A stretch of DNA of 63,252 nucleotides, counting the filler, from Octopus bimaculoides (taxonomy: Eukaryota): the NCBI RefSeq assembly GCF_001194135.2. It is 6 parts of 5 records of this genome, joined end to end, with 100 filler letters (N's around TTAATTAATTAA, not from the genome) between each part and the next. Parts side by side here need not be neighbours in the genome. Positions count along the whole stretch, not along the records: positions 46,303 to 54,158 come from NC_068986.1; positions 54,259 to 57,856 come from NW_026398444.1; positions 57,957 to 62,102 come from NC_069001.1; positions 62,203 to 63,252 come from NC_068988.1; 2 more parts are not named here. The stretch is one strand, 5' to 3'. The translations under genes were made by a program, and so were the position numbers. The notes beneath the pieces were generated by a model. That model was not told the origin of the DNA. It worked only from the letters and a program-made list of their open reading frames with translations, and did not search any database. Each line of letters begins with the position of its first letter. Position 1 is the stretch's first letter. Positions 53,436 through 63,252 of this stretch are shown piece after piece.

Positions 53436-53918
53436 TTATATATATATATATATATAAATACATACATATATATATACATGATACTGTGTCCATTTTTAAA
53501 GAGGAAGACATTAAACATTGCTGCGTTTATTTGATTATCACTGCAACTGAAGCCGAAGAATTAGTCTGAATAATTTGATAATAAGTAAGATGGTTTGTGA
53601 ACCATTAATATTCATTAGTAGTGGTCAGATATTTTGAATATCTCAAACGAGAAGTAAATAGTGACATACTTCACCGTAAGACGACCACAGTTATTTCTAA
53701 CATCAAACTTTTGTCTTAAACCAATAGTCACAGTTTCACTACTCACACACACACAGGCACTCGCACACTCACACGCTCACACGCTCTCGCTCGCGCGTGC
53801 ACACATGCTGCCGCGTGCACTCCCATACACACACGCACTTACACGCATATATATACCTACGTATATGTATGTATCAACATATGCAACTATCTCTATACCT
53901 CCCCACTCTCTCTCTCTC

Positions 53919-53953
<35 letters not shown>

Positions 53954-56900
53954 AGTTGTGTGATTGTGTGCGTGTGTGTGTATATATATAGAGAGATATA
54001 TATATATGCATATATGTATTTATATGTGCATGTATATATATATATACATATACTTACATATATACGTATATATATAATATATATAATATATATATATACA
54101 TATATAAATATATATATGTATGTATGTATATACGTATATATATGCATATATATATATANNNNNNNNNNNNNNNNNNNNNNNNNNNNNNNNNNNNNNNNNN
54201 NNTTAATTAATTAANNNNNNNNNNNNNNNNNNNNNNNNNNNNNNNNNNNNNNNNNNNNGGCTATAGTAGAAGACACTTGCCCATGGTGCCACGCAGTGGG
54301 ACTAAACCCGGAACCATATGGTTGATTTACCACGCAAATCAAATTAATGTTGAATAATAAACAACTATAAACATTGATTTAAAATATTTAATTGTTTTGC
54401 TGAAGGCAAAGGTCAATTGTCGAGATTACAGCAAAGTATATGCATAAAACAAAGTTCATATTTCATATCAGGAAAATTGATTTACAAATTAGTGATCCAC
54501 ACATCATATACATAACTTGAAATATCTCCACCACCACCACCACCACCATTACTATTTAGTCTGTTAACCTATTTTTATCCATAAACAACACATCCACTCT
54601 TCGGTTGCTATTCACTTCCTTCTCATTGATAAGGTTTCACTTTTAAATAACAATCTCTGTTCCTTAATCCGGCTGAAAATTCCACAGAAACATTTCTTTA
54701 ATTAACAAATTATAACATAGGTTATTGTTTGAAATACTGTATTTATATGTAGTCTATAAAAATATATTAAATATATAATTTTTTAAAATTTAATAAGATG
54801 TTTAAGCAATATAATGTCATACTATAACTTATTAAAGTTGAAATATTACATCATTAAAATTATCATTTTCTCTAATATCTCAATTGCTAAAGACTTTGTA
54901 GCCATGGCCCTCCCATATGTATTCATTATCTAATATGTTTAGTTCACAGATCTATTAAGAGACAACATCGTTGGTTTGTAATAAAGTTTGTTATAATTCC
55001 AGATAATGTGCAATAATTTCAGAAGCCATCCATCTGATAAATAATATCCGAGATAGAGAGAAAATATATTTAGTGCATTCTACATGAAAATGTTGATGTA
55101 GGAGAAAGGTGTGGTGAGAGAAAAATATATATCTTGTCACCAAATTGTTTGATATTTAAACAGTTCTTGTTCGCTTCAAGATATATTTACAAATTAAATT
55201 TCCAGAACATTTACATTTATATTCAAAGTTTAATATTGAAATAAAAATCAGTTTTAAAATTTCGTTGATTGAAAATAGGAAAAATTAGTTGAGTCATTGC
55301 AATATCGGACACAATAACTTGTGGCATTTATTCTCTCTGTACGATCTGAATTTATATCCAGGTTTGGCCAACATTACTTTTTTTTATCTTTCAGGGGGTT
55401 GATAAATAGAATAATAATCTAAGGAGTGAACTTGTGGATTATTTAGACATTGGACAAGATGCCTTGCAGCATTTAATCTCTTTTTCTTTGGTGTTCTGAG
55501 TTCAAATCCCGCTGTGGATTACCCGTGTAGTAAACTTAATCCACCCCTATTCTAACACTACCACTTGGGCCTTGGGGCCCCCTTTAGCAGAGGATTTCTC
55601 TGTTGTATGCATTCATGTTAGGTATTCTGTGTTGAGGACATCTTCCACTCACCCATCATTCAGAGACCCTGAGAAAAAAAGTTGTTTCCAAGGCAGGACC
55701 CTTCTCACCTGTTTTAAGTGTATAAAATAATGAAGATGAGAAAAAACAACCAATTAATTTTACAGACATTAAATAGATTTACAAACTTTAAATTTCACTT
55801 TAGAAATAGAAATCCACTGTAAACTACCTAAAATACTTTATTATCAGATGAATATTTTCATCCCTTTAGTTTCCATTAAAGAGTTTTTACATAGTTATAA
55901 CCAAACTATGTTTTATAGTATATTCTGTAAATATAGATGAAACGTTTTACTTGTGAAGTAACACTGTAAAATATTTTAATGCTTTCCATTCTATAAAATA
56001 CTAATAATTAAACCAATTTCAATAGCAAAGTATATTTATGCTTGATGAATATTTTATATAAAAATATTAGAAAACTGCTAATTAAAATAAATATCACAGT
56101 AATATTTACCAGAGTTAATAATTAGGGTTCGCTTCCAGTCTGAGGTCTTTCTGTCTGTGAAAAGTTGTCTTGCAAGTTCAGTTACTTGAAACAACCACTT
56201 CAATGTATTTGTGTGACAATAACTGCCAAGTAGGCAATCATTCGGTACTAGTATGCTAATTGTCATCAATTCAGCATTTTCTGTAAGGAAAGGGGCGAAG
56301 GTCGACGTTATCTGTTAGGTAGCAGACAGCACTTGTATTACTGTTTGTTTTCCATTGAAAATACTTTATTACTTGAGAAAGCATTGTCAGAGAAACATAA
56401 GTAGGTCATACCTTGGCCAGGTAATATCAGTTAAACAATTACTTACAATATACACGCAGATATACCTAAGAGTTACTCTTTTACTTGTTTCAGTCATTTG
56501 ACTGAAAGAGGCGAAGGACGACGTTATCTGTTATCTGTTAGGTAGCAGACAGTAGGCGGGAGGGAAAAAGAAGAAAAGCAACTCTCTATCTATCTATCTA
56601 CCTCTCTTTCCCCTCCCTTAAAAAAAATCACTTATCTCTCTCTCTCTCTCTATCTCTTTCACCCTCCCTTAAAAACACATGTCACTTATCTCTCGCTTTC
56701 TCTCTCACATTTTACACTAATCTTTCTATATATAAACTAAGGGATATATTATAGGTTTAAGAAGTTATTATTGTTACTCCTTACATGATATTTATAGTTT
56801 CTCAGTGGTACTGGTTTAGAAGTGGTAACGATGTATGGACACAAAAGAAACCATGTTAGTGTTTGTATAAAGCAAGTCAAAGTGTATTAAAACAATATCT

Positions 56901-57229
56901 TTTACTTACCTACTAAAATGACTGGATATAGAGATCCAAGGATGTATAAGACCTAAGCTGCAAAACAGTTTTGCCCTTTAGCAATCAATTTTTTGGTGCC
57001 GAAATTNNNNNNNNNNNNNNNNNNNNNNNNNNNNNNNNNNNNNNNNNNNNNNNNNNNNNNNNNNNNNNNNNNNNNNNNNNNNNNNNNNNNNNNNNNNNNN
57101 NNNNNNNNNNNNNNNNNNNNNNNNNNNNNNNNNNNNNNNNNNNNNNNNNNNNNNNNNNNNNNNNNNNNNNNNNNNNNNNNNNNNNNNNNNNNNNNNNNNN
57201 NNNNNNNNNAGGGGTTTGCAGCAGATTAG

Positions 57230-57856
57230 GAGGCCAGGGTAGGTGATTTACACGCGAGAAATCCGAGGGTTTTTTTTTATGAACTGCATGGAGGTGCACT
57301 TGTAAAAATTAATCCGAATGGTTTCATAAATATGGTGTTGAATATTGTTTCATGACAGAAAAAAAGTTGAGGGTGACTGAACATCAAGAACCAATTCTTG
57401 CGTGTCCTCAGGAACATGGGTAGAGTTTTCCAGCTGAGTTGGTGGTGAGACGGTCCGTATAAAATGTATAGCGACATACTGTTTGAGATACTTCAGTCTC
57501 ATTCCTGGAAGAACGATTCACTTTTTCAGGTTTCCCCATAAACTCTCAATATTCTGAGTGTAAATAGCTGGGTTATGGGGATCCACAAAGTGTTCAGAGT
57601 GATTAACCTGATAAGTGTGTATAGCCCATGCTGCTCGAGTTATTATACGCGCGCCAAAAGTCACTATAGATTATTGATCCCGGCCTGATGTAGTGTCTAA
57701 TGATAGGAATGAGGGTGTAAGCATCACTTCTGTTGCCCTCGCCTCATTCGGTCAAAAGTGGGACCATAAATGATCTCTTCGTCCACCAAAAAGCCAAACC
57801 GTTTTGATTATTCTGCCGCATCGATATTTTCGATGGACCAGAACCGTTTCATCGAT
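57230..57856 (-). mobile_element. Merlin-superfamily (IS1595/ISXO2-like) DDE transposase relic
   Basis: IDETVLVHRKYRCGRIIKTVWLFGG / NRSDAYTLIPIIRHYIRPGSIIYSDFWRAY..GYTHL / VNHSEHFVDPHNPAIYTQNIESLWGNLKK*. Catalytic D (IDE), D (YSD) and E (QNIE) are all present. Two frameshifts; the 5' part is lost at the scaffold join. Confidence 0.9.
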
Positions 57857-57956
57857 NNNNNNNNNNNNNNNNNNNNNNNNNNNNNNNNNNNNNNNNNNNN
57901 TTAATTAATTAANNNNNNNNNNNNNNNNNNNNNNNNNNNNNNNNNNNNNNNNNNNN

Positions 57957-57993
<37 letters not shown>

Positions 57994-58016
57994 ATGTATG
58001 TATGTATGTATGTATA

Positions 58017-58170
58017 TACGACGGCCTTCTTTCAGTTTCCGTCTACCAAATCCACTCACAAGGCTTTGGGCGGCCAGAATCTATAGTAGAAGACACTTGT
58101 CCAAGGTGCCACGCAGTGGGACTGAACCTGGAACCATGTGGTTGGTAGGCAAGCTACTTACCACACACCC
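58017..58170 (-). mobile_element. Family B SINE 5' half
   Basis: ccttctttcagtttccgtctaccaaatccactcacaaggc...gctacttaccacac. Confidence 0.9.
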
Positions 58171-58496
58171 ACTCTGGCACCTATATACACGAGGAGGTTG
58201 CTGAAAACTTCTTGGCATTGGGTAAACGAAAATATGTATACATACGTATGTATGTATGTATGTATGTATGTATGTATGTATGTATGTATGTATGGGGAAA
58301 GCTTGGTCTGCACTGTCTGCAGCCGTGTATGCTTGTCAAGAACAGGGCTCATTAGCCACCAACGGAACCGCAAATGCAAAATATAAGTTAGTCCTAGACC
58401 GCACAATGGTCTTCCTCGGTCACGAGTGGACGGCCATCGTCGTGTATGTATGTATGTATGCATGCATGTATGTGTGTATGCACGTGTGTATGTATG

Positions 58497-58690
58497 TACA
58501 GGGTGTCCACAGAGCCTTCAGACATTTTGAAAATGTCATTACGAAAAACTTACAAGAGGTGGCAACTAAATTTTCGTTGCATATAAATTATCATTAAAGA
58601 TATTAATAATTTCATTAATGATATTAATAGTTTTATCAATGTTACGTTTTAATATTTCAGTCAGTGACTACTCCCAATGAAAACACTAGC
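58497..58690 (+). mobile_element. Possible 5' end of a Tc1/mariner-type element
   Basis: Starts TA-CAGGGTGTCC, a typical Tc1/mariner terminus. No transposase body follows. Confidence 0.3.
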
Positions 58691-58729
58691 GTAGCCAGAG
58701 CGAGTGTTACTCTGGGCGGCCTTTCAGAC

Positions 58730-58853
<124 letters not shown>

Positions 58854-58906
58854 NNNNNNNNNNNNNNNNNNNNNNNNNNNNNNNNNNNNNNNNNNNNNNN
58901 NNNNNN

Positions 58907-58997
<91 letters not shown>

Positions 58998-59000
58998 GAT

Positions 59001-59031
<31 letters not shown>

Positions 59032-59496
59032 TAGAGAGATATTTGATATAATGGTAACCGAGTTATCATGAATTTGACAAATGCCAGGCCTTTCACCTAA
59101 GATAATTGTTTTTAAATTGTTGTTTACTTCTGCATAATCCTTTGCAATATGCATCACAATTTTAAATAATTTCAACATTTAAAGTCATTTTAATTTCTTT
59201 CTTTTATCATTAAAACGTGGCAGTTTGCGACTTGTTCCACTTTTGAATCCTATAAATGGAGGCCTCGAAGGGTCGGTCTTCCCCGACCCACACTTATGAA
59301 TAACACTGAATCTAATGTGTGTATGTTTGTGTGTATGGGTGTATGTGCGTATATGTGTGTATGCACGTGTGTTAGTGTGTGTATGTAAATGTGTGCATAT
59401 GTATATGTGTATGTTTGTGTGTATATGTGTGTATATACGTGTATATGTGTATGTATGTATGTATATTTGTTTGTATGAATATGTGTATGTGTATGC

Positions 59497-59566
<70 letters not shown>

Positions 59567-60083
59567 NNNNNNNNNNNNNNNNNNNNNNNNNNNNNNNNNN
59601 NNNNNNNNNNNNNNNNNNNNNNNNNNNNNNNNNNNNNNNNNNNNNNNNNNNNNNNNNNNNNNNNNNNNNNNNNNNNNNNNNNNNNNNNNNNNNNNNNNNN
59701 NNNNNNNNNNNNNNNNNNNNNNNNNNNNNNNNNNNNNNNNNNNNNNNNNNNNNNNNNNNNNNNNNNNNNNNNNNNNNNNNNNNNNNNNNNNNNNNNNNNN
59801 NNNNNNNNNNNNNNNNNNNNNNNNNNNNNNNNNNNNNNNNNNNNNNNNNNNNNNNNNNNNNNNNNNNNNNNNNNNNNNNNNNNNNNNNNNNNNNNNNNNN
59901 NNNNNNNNNNNNNNNNNNNNNNNNNNNNNNNNNNNNNNNNNNNNNNNNNNNNNNNNNNNNNNNNNNNNNNNNNNNNNNNNNNNNNNNNNNNNNNNNNNNN
60001 NNNNNNNNNNNNNNNNNNNNNNNNNNNNNNNNNNNNNNNNNNNNNNNNNNNNNNNNNNNNNNNNNNNNNNNNNNNNNNNNNNN

Positions 60084-61310
60084 ATCACAACTCACCACGT
60101 GGGGATAATCGAAATTCTTCTCCTCCTCCTCCTGCTCCTCCTCCTGCTCTTCCTCCTCCTCCTCTTCCTGCTCTTTCTTACAACTCTTTACCACACGTGG
60201 AACGGAAAATGCCGCTGAAAGCTACCTCAAATACATCGGATAAAATTACCAACGAGGACATATTGAAGGAATTAAAAGAAATTAACTCAAATCTAGTTAT
60301 TTTAACAAACGAAATCGATGGATTAAATTACTACACCCGAAAAGCAACTGAAAATGAACAGAGAAAACATCCTGCAGAGAAAGTTAGTCAAAATTTGAAC
60401 GAACTATGCACAACACTGAGCTGAATTTTCACAAGCAATTTTGAAAAAGAATCATTACCAAAACACGAAGACCATAGTTAAAATATACCAATATCAGCAC
60501 ATTTAATTAAAAGCCGCATTAGCCATATTTGGTCCAAAAATTTAAACGCTAGGAAATTTTCATTTTGGAACATGATAAAAAATAGTAATAAGGCAGAAAT
60601 ATATGAAAAAAATGGATGAATTCAACACCGTTAATTCTGCCAGGCAAACTACAAATCAAAGCAATCCCAGAAGAGCCCGAACCACAAAAACAACTTAGGG
60701 AAACAAAATGAAAATAGAAACTGAGTTACTTAGAGCATCGAATAACGAACAAAAATATAAGACCATCGATGAAGAAATGCACACCGAACTCACCAAACAT
60801 GCTGATGGACAACTTTTGGAAAGCGTTATAAAGCTATGGAAAGATAGCTGTGAGTCGGAAGAAATAAATTCCCTTCAACTATTTAAAAGAGACTACAGTT
60901 TAGATAACCCCTTTCTGAAAAAATCTAGAACAAATAAATATACAGAAATGAATAAAGATCCAACTAGATCAAACTATAAACATCTAAGAGAACACAAACA
61001 CACAAGACTAACTTCTCACTTTGAAGTAAACCGTTCTCAATCTAGGAATAGGGACAATGCATAAATAAGAAATACTAGAAGAAACCCACCTAATGTTAGG
61101 AGTAATTATTTCTTCCCAGCAATTAGAAACATCCAAGGGACTTCTTCTATGCCTCATCGAAGAAACTCGACCTACGGAATTCCAACCAATTTACTCATGC
61201 AGCATCTCAAACATAATTAAGAATCCTGACAATTTATACTCAACGAAGAAACCCGAACTACGTAATTCCAACCAATTTGCCCAAGCAGTAAAACCAATCT
61301 CACAGCAATC
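60084..61310 (+). pseudogene. Decayed ~350-400-codon ORF, unclassified; probably retroelement-derived (Penelope-like N-terminal region or LINE ORF1)
   Basis: Joinable pieces: ..EDILKELKEINSNLVILTNEIDGL..*..SRISHIWSKNLNARKFSFWNMIKNSNKAEIYEK / WMNSTPLILPGKLQIKAIPEEPEPQKQLRETK / MKIETELLRASNNEQKYKTIDEEM..IKLWKDSCESEEINSLQLFKRD. Protein-like composition, 2 stops and at least 2 frameshifts. Confidence 0.55.
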
Positions 61311-61322
61311 TTCTTCCTGTTT

Positions 61323-61665
61323 CTGGGCTTCTTCCAGTTTCCGTCTACGAAATCCATTCACAAGACTTTGGTCAGCCCAAGGCTAGAGTAGGAAACAGCT
61401 GCTCAAGATGTCACGCAGTGGGACTGAACTCGGAACCATGTGGTTCGGAAGAAAGCTTCTTACCACACAGCCACACCAGCGCCTATGCATACACACACAC
61501 ACACGTATGCGATGGGCTTCTTTCAGTTTCTGTCTACCATACCCACTCACAAGATTTTGGTTGGCCCAAGGTCAGAGTAGAAGACACTTGCGCAAGGCGC
61601 CACGCTATGGGACCGAACCGGGAACCATGTGGTTTGGAAGCAAGCTTCTTATCACATAACTACGA
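61323..61665 (-). mobile_element. Two tandem family B SINE 5' halves
   Basis: gggcttctt(c/t)cagttt...accacacagccac at 61323-61475 and 61510-61660. Confidence 0.9.
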
Positions 61666-61914
61666 CTGAATTAATGCATAGATATCTGAAAAGAAAACTG
61701 ACACCATTGTTTTTGAAAGATTTGTTTCTTGAGACGTCTTAATGTCATCTGATGCCAATTAATTAGCAGATGTGCCCTGTGCAGTTCTTAATGATTTGGG
61801 CACTGCACTAATGAGCACTGTTGTCCTTACAGATAAAACGGTGTAATGGGAGCTGTGTCTATATTGCACTCTATCTCCATCTCTCCCGCTCTCTCCTCCT
61901 CTCTCTCTGTATAT

Positions 61915-62102
61915 AGTAATCATCATCATCATCATCGTCATCATCATCGTTATCATCATCGCCGTTGTCCTCCTCCTTATCATCATCATCATCATCATCA
62001 TCATCAATAACATTTAACGCCTGTTTTCTATGCTGGCAAGGGTTGGATGGCTTGGCAGGAACTGGTAAGGCCAGGAATCACACTAGGTTCCATGGTGTGT
62101 GT
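61915..62102 (-). mobile_element. RTE-type 3' tail with (GAT)n
   Basis: (ATC)n then tttaacgcctgttttctatgctggcaagggttggatgg. Confidence 0.7.
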
Positions 62103-62404
62103 NNNNNNNNNNNNNNNNNNNNNNNNNNNNNNNNNNNNNNNNNNNNTTAATTAATTAANNNNNNNNNNNNNNNNNNNNNNNNNNNNNNNNNNNNNNNNNN
62201 NNCTTTTTTTTTCCGCGATCCCTTTTGATCGAAATTATCCCCCCCCCCAAGAAAAGCTCTACTTTGTAATTTGTCCATTTTCTGTATTTAGCCCTGTGTG
62301 GCTATAATAAAAAGATATCCGTCTGTCTATCTATCTATCTATCTACTTCTCTCTCTCTCTCTCTCTCTCTTTCTCTGTATATACGTGTGTGTGTGTGTGT
62401 GTGT

Positions 62405-62620
62405 GTGTGTGCCTTTGTATCTGTCTTTGTCCCCTCCTTCCTTACTGCATGACAACCGGTGATGGTGTGTTTATATCTCTGTAACAGCAAAACACAATGG
62501 TATAATAAGTACTAGGCTTTAAAAAAAAAGCCAAGGAATCAATTTGTTTGATCAAAGCCTTTTCAAGTTGTTGCTCCAGTATGGCCATGGTCAAATGACT
62601 GAAACAAAAGATAAAAAAAT
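62405..62620 (+). mobile_element. Family B SINE 3' half
   Basis: gtctttgtcccc...gacaaccggtgatggtgtgtt...ataagtactaggc...gtatggccatggtcaaatgactgaaacaaaag. Confidence 0.8.
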
Positions 62621-62904
62621 AGAAGATATAGACTTAGAAATTTCTGGTATGGTAACCAAGTGTGCAATTAGCTTACTTGGGTGGGTTAGCCTCAGAGGCG
62701 TCGCCAATGCAGCTAACTCAGAAGATCGAAAACTCTAATAGAAAATGCTGAGCTGTGTTGTTTATCGAATTCGTGGCAAACATTTGTGCCAATATTCTGT
62801 CATCAGCATTTCCAAAAATTGTAACTACTACTACACATGTCTACACCACCAAAGTGTAGTCTAGCAGCTGCCGGTTGGACTCCTCATACGTCGAAATCGA
62901 CTGG

Positions 62905-63252
<348 letters not shown>

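Noticed and set aside
62743-62811. Imperfect hairpin containing CTGATGA on the minus strand; hammerhead or pre-miRNA
   Set aside because: No GAAA box, CTGA is sequestered in the stem, and the arms are too asymmetric for a pre-miRNA.

Overview
This is AT-rich, microsatellite-saturated animal DNA, almost certainly octopus (coleoid cephalopod). That assignment rests on recognising the octopus-type tRNA-derived SINE families, so it is an inference. It is a draft assembly with many N gaps, five of them 100-bp joins carrying an artificial TTAATTAATTAA marker. No intact host protein-coding gene can be supported: nearly all ORFs in the track are translated microsatellites or run through gaps. The window is mostly decayed mobile DNA. 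This includes at least four tRNA-SINE families, RTE LINE 3' ends, several R4/Dong-like restriction-endonuclease (RLE) LINE relics, a mariner, two DD37D/maT-like Tc1-mariner relics, a Merlin (IS1595-like) transposase relic, a MITE-like element and an unclassified decayed ORF. The most interesting signal is at 18.2-18.75 kb: a ~147-bp tandem array plus one inverted copy, each unit carrying a minimal hammerhead-ribozyme-like core of the Penelope/retrozyme type. A further hammerhead-like motif lies at 653-684. Also notable, R4/Dong-like elements here end in different microsatellites: (TAA)n, (TACA)n and possibly (GAA)n. A few isolated candidate exons are reported at low confidence. Element boundaries are approximate, read by eye.
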